Shown here one piece after another: positions 11,205 through 24,039 of a stretch of 64,000 bases of DNA. The notes under the pieces are model-generated. The model saw only the letters and a list, made by a program, of their open reading frames with translations. It had not been told where the DNA came from and searched no databases. The stretch is from positions 50,778,001 through 50,842,000 of the forward strand of contig NC_043006.1 of NCBI RefSeq assembly GCF_006345805.1, written 5' to 3'. Origin of the DNA: Octopus sinensis. Lineage: Eukaryota. How positions within the stretch are numbered: the first letter of the stretch is position 1; the number at the start of each line of letters is the position of its first letter. A program made the translations under genes and the position numbers.

Positions 11205-11272
<68 letters not shown>

Positions 11273-11282
11273 GATATATATA

Positions 11283-11511
11283 CACGGTTGGCCCAAAGTC
11301 ACCCAACAGTAATTCAACATTCCATGAAAACCTAATATTCATTTTTTATTTATTCATTCCAATTATGAACGTTTAATAATTGAATACTGTGAGTTAAAAA
11401 TCACTGTTTTTTTTTCAACATTATTAAGGAAGCCTGATATAAAATAATTTTTGGTCATCTTGGAATTAAGTGGGCTTTGATTTACTGTCTGGTGACTTTT
11501 GGCCAACCCTG
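11283..11511. mobile_element. Tc1/mariner-type MITE
   Basis: TIRs CACGGTTGGCCCAAAGTCACC..CAGTAA / TTACTG..GGTGACTTTTGGCCAACCCTG, with TA on both sides. Confidence 0.85.
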
Positions 11512-13649
11512 TACATATACATATATACCACTTCTATCTGTTTTATGTAGAAACGTGCGTATTTTGCCCTGTAGACATAGTTGCTCACTCGAATGTGCCT
11601 GCGATTACACCGGAAGCTGGAAAGCACATGACAACAGGAAATGATGTCACTAATTTTCCAGGTGTCTCTTCGTACTAATTGAAGTGTCTGCGCTTGATGC
11701 TAGTATCTTTTCTCCAGTTTGTTTTTAGTGTTTTCTTTTTTTTATTTTTAGCCCAATACCTTTCAGTTATTTTTTAAATTTTTTGCTTTGAATTACTATC
11801 ACTTGATCATATCTTGAAAAGTATTGGCCATTAGGTGACTTTTCTCTTCATAATGTTCTTGGATAAATTTCAGAATAACCTTTGGAATTTCTTGTTTGCT
11901 TTATTTTTAAACTCTTTGCGTTGTTTTACCAACATCTAATTTTTTTTTTTTCAATTTAGTTACTTTCCGATTTCTGCTTTATTGTTTCCTTGTATAAAAA
12001 GAAGAAATAATGATTTTTTTTCTTTCCGTTTCTTGATTGCAATTATCACTATCTTCTCGCTTGCTTCGAAGAATTTGTAAACTTCTACAGTTGATATTTT
12101 ACAACAAATTTCTGTTTGTACCAGAAACTGTCCTTGAATGAGCTTTGAGCGTGATGACTTCTTAACATTATCAGTTGTTTTCGGAAAAACAATTTACTTA
12201 ACTTCTAGTCCATCATGAGAAGCCCAAAATATATAACAGTTATAGCTATCCTATTTGTACCTACTATCAATTATATTTTATTCCCAACATTAAGGTCCGT
12301 TTTGATAATTATCTAAGTTTTCTGTAGTACTCTTTCCTGATTTTCTCCTTCCTTTCGTTATGCTGTATCTTAATCAATTCGTCCACCCTTAAAAATTTAT
12401 TTCGATGGCTTCACTTCAGTGTCTGTATCTAATTTAGCGTTCTCAATTTTAATTTCATTTTTCTTATAGTAGCTTTAGCCATTTGACTAATCTCATACTG
12501 ATTATTATATCGTAAGCGCCCCTGCTCCTAGTCAGTCGTATGACTACTGCATTACCACGACTGCCCGTCACACTTTACTATGGTACTCAAAGGTACCCTG
12601 ACTATCCCGCAGCATCTCAACTCCGCAACACCATCGCCTAAGCGTGAATGCATCACTCTGCCCTCATGTCCTCCGGCCCGACAAACTTGTTAAAAGGACC
12701 TTTATCAACTTTGCAGAATTCAAGTTTTCTCCATTTCTTAACATGGTTTTACAAACAGTTATCACGTGAATAAATCTTTCGCATTCGCTGTCAATTGTAC
12801 ATGTAACTCCAAAGTTTCTCTCAAACTATCCGTAGCCACTTTAAATCAGTAAAACTATAGGCTTTGATAATGTCCATTCCTTCAAATAATGCGTCCTCGA
12901 ATTAGACCTCATAATCACCAAACTTTTCAATCTCTGTCTTTCTCTCTCTCCCTCTTTCTCCTTCTCTCTCTCCCTCTCTCTCTCTCTCTCGTACTCTTGT
13001 GATATATCCCTACCTTTGGGAACATAATACAACCTGTTCCATTTTCTAGAAGAGCACCCCCTCTGACTGTTGACTAATGTCTTAACGCACTCTATTGCAA
13101 TATTCCAGAATGGATGGGGGATATCTATTAACAAGCATATTTTCCAACATCTCTCCTCTCTCTCTCTCTCTCTCCATCCATCCTTAATGACAACCAATAC
13201 TGTTTTTTTTTAAACCAGATCTACTGCACACAGAGATAGAATGCACCTAGAAAAAAACCAATGCTACAGAGTTGCATACAGTAACTCACAAATACACTTT
13301 GATCTCCAGTCAACAGTAGTGCTGTCTCTTCTATTTGTCATTACAATGACCTCTGTCCTTCGAAGTTGGCCCTTCTCGTGCTCCATCCACCCAGGCACCC
13401 ACGAGTCACTTGTTTATCTTCCTCTCATCACTTATATTATGCTCTAACCCCCAAACCCCGCACCAAACGTTGAGACTAATGCTTTCTTCACGGAACATCG
13501 GCCTTTGAATTCCTTTCTTGTACATAACTTTAGCTGCTGTCGTCTTATCACAGTTTTATCAGAACGTTAACTATATCCATGTCGTGAATTTCGTAGGGCC
13601 TGCGATAACCATGTCCCCAGCTTCTTCTCCAAGACCGAATTTATAAAAA

Positions 13650-16600
13650 TAATCGTACTGTGTGAGTTGTCATAACATTAAGAGTTTATTACGCAGAATA
13701 TCTGAACATGTGAGCTGGTTATTGAACTGAAAGTATCTTGTATGGGATATATGCTGTTTCTACTAGGGATAGTTCTAATTGATTTTTGTATAAAATAGTA
13801 ATCTGTCATGGTGTTTATGTTTTTGCTCCCATTATTTTTCACATATTCAGTATTCCAATTATTGCTACCATTTCTACTCTCATCCCGCATCTTTTTTTCT
13901 GTATTGAAGTCGTATTTTTACAGCTTTCCGACTCTACATTGCTGTCTTTCATTATAATATCTAAATGATTGACTTATATCTCTGCCAGTCTGAAAATATG
14001 TATCTGAGATTATCACAGGTATCACGTAATGGATTTTGATGTATACTTATACAACTTATTCTCAATTTTTATGCAGTCAATATGCAGATCGATCAATATG
14101 AAGTGACTTTCAAGTGAAAGTGGCATCATATTGGTCAATCAATATAGCCTATCTACTTCATCATTTGCATATGCTTTTGTTTTGTTTTTGGTTTTTTTCG
14201 TAAATTGGGCAGCTGCATATGAACGTGTTCAGTTGCTTCTTTATGTCATTTATATAGTCCACTGTTGGCGTTATTTTAACTTTTGCCATTAGGTATTGAT
14301 TTGCACGGCTAAAATGAGGCCTGTATTTTTATCTTACGTCCAGATATTTTGGCTTTTACGTTGACTGGTTCCTCTTTGTTCAGTATTGGAAATTACCGAC
14401 AATGAGGGAGTCGTTTATCTTCGTCGCTCGTTTATTTATTTTGAAGCTCCATTCTAATCTTTATCTCTGCATTTCTCTTTGTCTGATTTTTGTCCTTACC
14501 TGAGAATATCTTCACACTAAAATAATCTCCCACTTTGTACTTCATATTTTCTTATATATAAAACTCTTGTTGTTGTTTATTTGTCCATGTTGACTTACCA
14601 CACTAATCAATGTATCTCAATAGTTATTTTATAAGAACTTTATCCTCCTATATGACTGTAGTTGATATAACACATCAATATCAGTTATCGAATTATGGGT
14701 TTGGAATGAAGTGTGTAGTTTATTGGTTTTCTCTGCAGACTCTTGAGTTTACTCAATCTCCATTCATATTTAAATCGTATTTTATGCCTTAGAGACAAAC
14801 ATTATTTCTGACATTGTGTTCAGTTGTAATATGAAGAGAGATTTCTCAGTAGAATTCTTTGCAAATGTCCTTATTTGAATCTTGTATTTTATTAGTTCCA
14901 TCTAAGTCTCAGCATTGACAAACGTAAGTACATATGTGGGTAATTCTTCGATAAGTCTGATTTCAGAACTTGAGTCTAATTTAATAGTCTTTGAGTTTTA
15001 ACTTATTTACAACTTAGAATAGTTTTGATATATTTGTCTAATTCCAAATTTACTCTCATACCGTTTTTGAATTCTTGTAGAGGTTTTAATAAGTTCTTTA
15101 GTTAGCCGTTACTTCTTATATATTGTTTTAAGTAATATGATTTGTAGTTTACTATATGCATTTGTTGTTTGCTTTAACAGATTTGCCATTTGTGTCAGCT
15201 CTAGACAGAAGAAAAACGGGGACAAATCTGTCTGAGCATTGTCATTTCTACAGATAGAAAGGCTGGTTTTTCTTTTCTTATATCTTTCTACTGGTGTTAT
15301 TGATGTCTTCTAATTTCGACGTGGTGTTGTTGACATTCTGTCTTAATAACGGGGCAACTTTGTTTCTGCACATTGCTGTCAAAGTCTTTTCTCTAATCAA
15401 TCTCTTTCATGCTTTTGTATTCTCTTACTGTCGTCAATAGATGTTCTATTTACTAGAAACTGTATTTTAAATAAATTCTTTTTCCGACACATATTCTGTT
15501 CCTCGGGAAAGATATTATTTACATATATGAATACACTATATTGATAAGTATTGTTGTCAAATGGCAAGTCATTGTATATTGGTTAGTTGTTCATCGGTGG
15601 CAATTTAGAGATATTGCGTTTTGTTTGTTTGGGTTTTTTGCTTTTGTTTTTTTTTGTTTTTTGTTTTTTGTTTTTTAGTGGGGTGTGTTTGTTTTTGCTT
15701 CGGAAATTTAGATTGCTTTCTTTTTACCTCTTGTAAATTTGGAGGCTTCATCAAGTCTACAAGAATCTAGAAGTCTAGTTACTGTTGTTTAATTTTCTCT
15801 GTAGTTATCCTTGTTAAATTCCTTGAATTCCTTTTCTAATGCATTTTGCATCCTCGTCATGCTGGATATGTTCAGTCTATATTTTCGCCCAATGTATTTG
15901 CATTTTTTCTACATTTCGTCCTATTTTCTGATGTTATACAACTTGTTGTTGTTGTGTGTGAAACCTATAGTTTAATGTCCGTCTTATGTGCTTCTGATTG
16001 AAGACATACTCTCGTTTTTAAATCATCTTATCTAATTTGATGTTTATGTGAGTAAGTCCTGGAGTTTTATGTATGTTTTAGTCAGAATTTTTTTCTTATT
16101 TCCAAAGCCCCTATTAAGTAGATTGCTTCTCTTTCCAATCCCCACACTCTCGCTATATCTATTTTCAGCTAATTATATTTATACAATTTCTCTATTCCTT
16201 TTAAAGATATATTGTCTGTTGGAATTGATACATCGATATGGTTGACATTTAATTTCTTGATAGTCTTTGCAATAACTATTCACTTTTTTTTTAATCTGCC
16301 TGTCTGTATAAATTGGTATATATCACGGTATGGTTACTGTCATTTTCTGAGACTTTCTGTATTTTTATATCGACATTTTATTTGTTTTTTCATAACTTTG
16401 GGATCATTTCCAGTATGTGAAAGTCCCCTATTCTGCTATAATTGTATTTACATACAGCTTCGGCTAAACGTGGACAGCCAGAGATGATAAGGCTGATTGT
16501 TCTTCACAGCCTTCACTTAAGTACTTGCTTCTGGAAAACATTTAATCATATGCCATTCTCAAAAATCTTTCTCCCTCAGCTTTCCTGCAAATCTCGGCTG

Positions 16601-17200
16601 ATCTTTTCTTTCTCTCTTCAGCTATGTCCAGTTTTGTCAGATATTTCCTATATTGTAGTTTTGCGTGCCGATATATTTGCATAAACTTTTTAAATCCCAT
16701 TTTGGTCTTAGCTTATGAACAGCTAAGACTTATAGTCTTGGCTTATGAAAAGCTTCTACTGTTTCTCTCCATCATTCTCCCGACTAACTGTTACCTCATG
16801 TACTTATGCATATTAATTTTTGTCTATTTTTGCTAAATATTTTGTAATTTTATTCTGAATATTTTACAATTTTCTCATATCAAACTACACTTAACTCTTT
16901 ATTCGTGGTAAATATAATATTTCTGTGTCGGATTTCGACTGTGGATCCTGAAAGCAGTCATTATTTTTCTTATTTTCTTATCAAGTCTTGCCAAGTCACT
17001 TAGTTTACAGTTAACAGTATTATAATTATAACGTAGTTCTAGAAAAGCTAAAACATTTGACACATTTGGTTGAACATGAACGTTATTGCTTTCTCTTTTT
17101 TATATTTTGTTTGGTATTTAGCACTATTTCAGATATTCATCTATGTCTGTAATATTGTCCCAGTTTTTTTTTTCTTTCATCTTTGTCCTTTGTATTTTGT
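13650..17200 (-). pseudogene. Very decayed LINE reverse transcriptase region (clade uncertain)
   Basis: Long T-rich strand-biased tract; a YADD-like KAYAND reads on the minus strand near 14160-14180. Confidence 0.3.
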
Positions 17201-17226
17201 AATTGTAAGCTTGGTTTTGATCTAAT

Positions 17227-17598
17227 TCTCTTACTCTTTACTCTTTTACTCTTTTACTTGTTTCAGTCATTTGACTGCGGCCATGCTGGAGCACCACCTT
17301 TTAGTACTTATTCTATCGGTCTCTTTTTGCCGAACCGCTAAGTGACGGGGACGTAAACACACCAGCATCGGTTGTCAAGCAATGCTAGGGGGACAAACAC
17401 AGACACACAAACACACACACATATACATATATATACATATATACGACAGGCTTCTTTCAGTTTCCGTCTACCAAATCCACTCACAAGGCATTGGTCGGCC
17501 CGGGACTATAGCAGAAGACACTTGTCCAAGATGCCACGCAGTGGGACTGAACCCGGAACCATGTGGCTGGTTAGCAAGCTACTTACCACACAGCCACT
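17227..17598 (-). mobile_element. tRNA-SINE family B with internal (TA)/(TG) microsatellite
   Basis: Head GTGGCTGTGTGGTAAG...GGTTCAGTCCC; tail GCATGGCCGCAGTCAAATGACTGAAACAAGTAAAAGAG. Confidence 0.85.
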
Positions 17599-17869
17599 TA
17601 TTTTTTTTTATCTAACAGGATATTAATGGCGCTTATCCATTTTTTTTTTTATCTTCAAGGTTGTTTTGGCGCATTATTTTTCAATCTTAATCTCATTTTA
17701 GTTACTCAAGTAAATCTTTTCTACTCTAGGCACAAGGCCCGAAATTTGGAAGGATGGGGCCAGTCGATTAGATCGACCCTCAGTATGCAACTGGTACTTA
17801 ATTTGCCAAAGCTGAAAGGATAGGCAAAGTCGACCTTGACTCAGAACGTAAAGACAGAGAAAATACATT

Positions 17870-19100
17870 ACTCAAGTAAATCTGAGTATTATCTATAGCA
17901 GCATTTCCAGTTGTCGAGCATCTTCAGAGTACAACTTGTGATTATCCGTATGCAAAAGTTATGTTGAATTTCCCCATATAGAATTTTCAATCGAACCCAA
18001 TCTGATTTAACAACTTATTTAATTGTATTAAATCCGGTTAGAAAAGAGTTGTGAAGAATACTGCTTTTCTACAAGAGATGATGTGGTATTCGTAATTGTT
18101 TGTATCAGTAGAATTATGTATTCATGATATGTACCTACCTATAATTGTTTGTTCCTTCTCGAGCCATGCCTGGTTCGTAACGGCCGGTTTCCCGGTTTCC
18201 TTGGCGTGTAGATTCCCACCTGGACGGGACGCCGGTCCGTCGCAAGTGAGCTGCAAGATGCAGGAGGAAAGAGTAAGAGAAAGTTGTGGCGAAAGAGTCA
18301 GAAGTTCGCCATTACCCTCTGCCGGAGCCGCGTGGAGCTTAGGTGTTTCGCTCATAAACACACACATCGCCAGGTCTGGGATTCGAACCCGCGATCTCTC
18401 GACCGCGAGTCCGCTGCTCTAACCACTAGGCCATGTGCCTCCACCTGCCTATAATTCGTTCTCTATAGCTCATGTCTAATGATTCCAGAATCCAAGTGTT
18501 AATAACATTATCAAAAGCTTTCTCGTTGTCAGTCCCTGTTATGCTCAGACACTCTTTTCTATTTCTACAGTCTTCGGTTGGTGATTTTACAATCATACAA
18601 GCTTTCGCAGAATGCCGTCTGTCCCTCTGGATGTTAGCCTTTTTGTATTATAGTTTATCTCAAAAAGTATATTTGTAATGATAGTCCTGGGTCTATGTAA
18701 AGTTAAGCGATATATTTGTAGTGTTTAGGGTTTGTCGTTTCTTTAGTTTTAGATGAGTTAAGATGGTTTTCCACTCAGTGAGCTACTTAAGTTTCCTCTC
18801 TGGCACGTTCAGTACATTACTAAACATCTTATTACTAGCAACTTATGTGTCCCTGTGAAATATTTTAACCAGAAGTTTGGAATTGTATTCTTACCTAGTG
18901 TCTATAGTTTGGGTTACTTCATAAATTGATATTATTCAAGTCCTATATATACATTTGTGATGTCTAATCTTGTACGTGATGATTCCTTTTTGCCCCAATA
19001 CACTTTTGCAGAATTATTCTATATCTTCTATTCGTATTGGATTAAATTCTATTTGTTTTCAACTTGTATTTGATTGAAGTATTTTGGCTTAAAAATGAAC
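17870..19100 (-). pseudogene. Decayed LINE RT fragment interrupted by a SINE
   Basis: Minus TDNEKAFDNV at ~18535-18503 (DxxKAFD motif); LLHTDN near 17945 resembles LLFADD. Confidence 0.45.
18147..18443 (-). mobile_element. tRNA-Arg-like SINE (family C) with target-site duplication
   Basis: Head TGGCCTAGTGGTTAGAGC...TCG...GGTTCGAATCCC. 14-bp TSD ACCTRCCTATAATT at 18133-18146 and 18443-18456. Confidence 0.9.
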
Positions 19101-19224
19101 TATTCCTTTCGTTCAACACACTATTTCGCCTCTTCATGCGGACCAGTCCTTGCGGTTTCAAGCTTTCAAATGTTCTCTTCTTTTCTACTCAGTGCACAAG
19201 TATTGCTGACTTGTGGGTTTGTGT

Positions 19225-19480
19225 GAGATCGCCCCCACCGCCTTCCTATGGCCGAGAATGGGCAGGTAATTTTCTACTGTTTTGGGGTCTATGGTAAAAG
19301 AGGTTTTGTGGCAGACGAGATTGAAAGGATCGAAGACAGTCAGTCCTTATTAGGCCAAGCTTCCATCAACTTTTGCAAGTTCCAATCTGAAAGGGAAGCG
19401 CGAGTGGAGAGAAAAGCGCCACCTACAGGAAATATATAAAAAAAAGTGGGTGAATGTAGCGAGAATGGCTCGGAGGAATG
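19225..19480 (+). mobile_element. Decayed Tx1 ORF2 C-terminal fragment
   Basis: WQTRLKG...GQASINFCKFQSEREARVERK...WVNVARMA matches the C-termini at 61340-61560 and 63440-63620. Confidence 0.7.
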
Positions 19481-21927
19481 TTCTATAATCATGCACCTGT
19501 AAGCCAAACTATACTTAGAAGAGAAGGACTTGCTTCAATACTCCTCGTGCACAGATTAACTCGAGATTAGAGGAGTTCCTTGGTCGCCTCTGGATGTTCT
19601 TCCCTCTGTTAGGGTATTTTATGGTTATAATTTTCTTGTTAATCGCTATTCTTTTTATTATTTTCACCAGTTTATATAAATCATCAGTCCTTTGTCTTTG
19701 TAGTGTTCTAAATGTATATTGATATAAACGAACTTATGTCTATTTGTATGTATTTTTTAGAATCCAGTGCTCAGTAGAACAACAACAGTATTTCACGTTA
19801 GCAGTATGGATTCATGTCTAGTTATATGCACTTTCCACTGATATTAAAATATGAATGCAGTACAGAGTACATTAAGATTTGTTAAAATACCGCTAATGTA
19901 GTTATACTGTAGCAGAATAACGTTTATAGTTAGATTGTATCTTCGTTTTCCTTCCATCCTTAATAATGTTTGAAATGTTTATTCTATACAATATTCTTTC
20001 AACATACTTTCAATGTCTTTAATAAAACAGACCCAACGGAAAGGTGAACACAAGTGATTCAGTATTTTCTCATGAACTTATTGAATATGGTTATTTCTAC
20101 AGAGCATTCACTTCTTGAAGTAAAGATAAAAATAGATGACAACTCTCAAAGGAGAAAAGTTTACAAGTGCATAACAAAGAATATAATTCTTGACAATATT
20201 GTATACGGAGACCTCTCTATCTGTGTGAACTTTATACCATTTCAAACACTTCAGAAGAAAATACAATTTCAAAGGAAATAATGTTATTTCCTGGTTCTCT
20301 ATAAAATTCCAACAATCAAAGAGCTACTAGTGTTAACTGTGGAATTTCCTCGAGTACTGCTAGAAGTTATTATTATTATTATTATCATTATTATTATTAT
20401 TATTATTATCATTATTATTATTATTATTAGCATTATCTCAGTTAAACATTTTTAGTTAAAAACATCAAGAGATTTTTTTTATTAAAAATTATTTGCTTGC
20501 GTCTTGGGGAAGCATTTTTGGTTAACGAAATGTTGAAGACCAACACAAAAGTATGAGGTTAACAAAACGGTTGGACGGAAAGATTCCATTGAAATATTCG
20601 TGGTTTGCTTGAAAATGTTTAAGATTAATGTGAATATCCAAGGTTTACAAATATTTCTACTGTTAAAAATCTTCCCAAGTTTAATAAACACAGCATGGAA
20701 AATTTCTGATAATATTCACATTTCCCATTAGTATTATTTTATTGAAAGACAAATATCTCTTTTGACAGCTAAACTGTCGATGTCTTCACAGAAATTGCGG
20801 CGAACCATACAAGTTGTGCTAATTATACATAGTGTGTTTAATGGGATATTCTTTTCAATATTTCTAATAGTAAAGGTCTGCTCTTATATCGCGAATGCTG
20901 TTGCTTGTGTTGTCCCAATCAAACCGGATTTGTTTATTCATATACGGGCTATCTAATTCGTGCAAATATTCGCAATGTAAAGGTATATGTTTGTAGTTAT
21001 TCGCTGCAAGCTATGTTCCATCAGAATATTTGATTTTACTGTAGTTGTAGATCCAAACCGTTGATGTTTCAAGTTCAAATCGATATTTGGTGAATAATTT
21101 GACGTCACCGTTGTCATTGATTTACTGCCTTGTAAATCTATTCTAAACTGATCAGTTACAATGCTCCCCTACCTCTTGAAAGTTTTCTTCCAGAGCTCAA
21201 TGTACAGGCAGATAATATCAATCACCTCATTGAATCATTTACAAACATACTGACTTGAAAGTGACAAGGGTTTTTGTTAATCCAAATAGGCCTTACTTGC
21301 ATGTAAAATATCTCGATCACTTCGTCTTATAAAGTGTAAAGAATTCGGGAGAGATCTGCGCTTTTTTTATTAGAGTATTGCAATTTTTATATCAAGCTGT
21401 AGAAATCTGTCGCTCATTTTCTGATATAGACTCAAAACATCTTGTAACTTTCAAAGTTTCTCCGTTAAGGGTAGTTGTGGAGTATCTAAGTTTGGGAAGG
21501 ATCCTATAAAAATCTTATTGATAGTCCGGACATCAAATTTAATTGGATTAATCAACCTGACTGTTAATATCTTTAAATATTTTAAGTGTTTCAGCTTTAG
21601 GGCTGTGGTCATGCTGGGGCAACTTTAAAACCTAACTTACAATCTTCGACAGTGATAACATTAGGGCGATGTGATTTTATGTGTGAGTATATCAATCTCG
21701 TATAATTTTATTTCTTAATGCATAAATTTATTAGTGTGTGTTTTGAAGTCCTGCTCTTGGTTGGAAATCAGGATTAGTAATAGATAATACTTTTGGTTTC
21801 TTACTGAAAACTTAAGAGCTAAATTGAATTTAGCTTCTTGTATGGTTTAGCAAAAGCTAGTCTATACCAGCAAAGCTGATTTGCTAGATCTATAACGTCA
21901 TTTATTTCAGGTAGATAATTGAGGAAT

Positions 21928-22323
21928 GTAAAGTATACTAGCCATCTCAATATGGCTAACCACTAAGGGTGGTTGTTACTGTAACTTTTTAGCCCCATGA
22001 GATCATCGTCTCCAGTTGGCTTTAGGCACACTTTCTGCGCTCTTATGATATTTGCAAAGGGATGTCATCCCCTCTCGTAAACCTAAGTGATACGCACGGA
22101 CTGCAATTTCGAGATTTTTGTCTCTTGTCAACGCACGGTAATCGCCGGTTTTCGTTGAGGAGAGACCTGTTTGCGAATATCTATTTAATGTTTTTCCCAG
22201 TAACCACTGTCACTGATTTCGAAAAACGGTCTGAAAGCAATAATAAATCTCTGAACGAGATGTAAACAGTAACCGCTCGACAACGTAAAGTATACTAGCC
22301 ATCTCAATATGGCTAACCACTAA
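21928..22323 (-). mobile_element. 357-bp terminally redundant element carrying a hammerhead
   Basis: Exact 39-bp direct repeat GTAAAGTATACTAGCCATCTCAATATGGCTAACCACTAA at 21928-21966 and 22285-22323. Confidence 0.75.
22091..22140 (-). ncRNA. Type I hammerhead ribozyme with U3-A8 compensatory core
   Basis: Minus: CGUGCG-UUGACAA-GAGA-caaaaa-UCUC-GAAA-U-UGCA-G-UC-CGUGCG. Helix I is 6 bp with two GU pairs; GUC cleavage between 22099 and 22098. Confidence 0.7.
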
Positions 22324-22714
22324 ATGAATAAATAAGAAATTTTTGAAACATGAAAAATTGTAAACTAAGTTTCAAATAACAGAAGACTGAAAAGAAAATA
22401 TTTAGAGGCAAACTTTTTAAAAAAATAAAGAAATCAGAATGGTACTAATTCAATTACAAAAATTATAAAAATGTTAATTGTTTTTAATAATGTTACAAGC
22501 TGTGAAATTTGAAGTAGAATTTATTAAAGTGGACACAATTAGCAGGTGTGTGCGTAATTTTAACAATTACCGAGGGATAAATGCAAAGATGACCTTGGTG
22601 GTACTTGAAATCGAGTGCAAGCAGCTGGAATAAAATGAATACCGTCAAGTACTTTTTCGGCGTTCTAATGTTTTTACTATTTCGCAGCTCTCTTAACTAC
22701 ACGCGCACAGAATG

Positions 22715-22911
22715 TTGTTTACCTAAATGGACGCCAGTGATTGCCGAAATGCAAGAAAGTAAAGACGAAATATGTTACAACCTATAGAATTTTCTCAATA
22801 AAGCCAAGAGAAAATGATGTTTTATAAACACATTCTACCAGTATAAGAAGTTTAAAACTTTTTAGTTATCTAGAAATTATGTTACAAAGTGCCGTTCAAA
22901 AGGAAAAGATC
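22715..22911 (+). repeat. Unclassified dispersed repeat ending ...GCCGTTCAAAAGGAAAAGATCC
   Basis: Homologous to 59370-59486 (+) and 26954-27180 (-). Confidence 0.7.
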
Positions 22912-24039
22912 CGTAGGTTGTCGTATATTTGTTCATTTTACCTACTTGGCGCTCCATCGTTTTACGCCTGAAAAGAGGTAAAATTTATTCGATTTTCAAG
23001 AATAATAAACAAAAGTTGGAGAGGTAATAAAGATGCAAACAAAGCGTAAAACATAACGATAAATATAATTTCCGTGAGAACTTACATGACATTGGAAACC
23101 ATTAAAATAAAGGGTGGAGGCGAAAAAAGCACGTACTAATTTATGTGACAACCTGATAAATTACTGACTCGTTAAGCAATGTGTTTCGGGTCCATAATGT
23201 ACTTTCAAGTAAGTCATAAGTTGCCAACCGCCGCTGGTTGTGTGATAATTGAAGTGAATTAAACAGACAAGACAATTGTAAACAGGTCTCGTCCCTTCTA
23301 TCTCTTCGACCAAGACCATATAAACAACAGCTGTTTACGTTTGTCCTCTGGCTTTATATAATTCAGTTTAACCTATGCACAAGCGGTGTCTCGGCTTAGA
23401 ATTTGTATTTACTCTAATGGACAGTATACACATTACATATTTACATATGTGTGTGTGTGTATGTATGTACAAATGTATGCATATAAGTATTACATTATAT
23501 TTACTTTTCTTGTATACTGTCCCTGTAATGTTTAGTTAATCAGCTTGTTCTGTAATGTATCTAATTACTGTTATCGACATTGGTAAATAGGATAGGATAG
23601 TCTCCTCATAATGTGTTCGAAACAGCAGAGAAATTTTGTGGCGAGGAACCGAAGAGAAATATTTGTGTTGTTCTCTAATGTTTATTCGCTTATTCACGTT
23701 AGTTTTCGTCTTAATTCATTTTGTCCCTGGTTTCACTTCGTTGAGCATTTATTGTTATAGTGCTCTTCTAAAATTGTTACAAGTTCAGATCTAGCTTTGA
23801 GTTTTCTCTTTCGTACGTTACATAGTGCATGCCTTTTTTCCCCATATAAGATGTACATCTATATATATAGACATACATACATACATACATACATACATAC
23901 ACACATGCACACATTCACACACATACATACACACACACATACATACACACACACATACACACACATACATACATATATACATCGTGGTTAAACATAACTG
24001 TAACAAAAGTAAAACACAAAATTGATGCAGAAACATTCG

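Noticed and set aside
18360-18443. tRNA gene
   Set aside because: No acceptor stem; it continues into a SINE body with a TSD.
20500-21350. Possible exon or hAT transposase relic
   Set aside because: No convincing motif or open frame.
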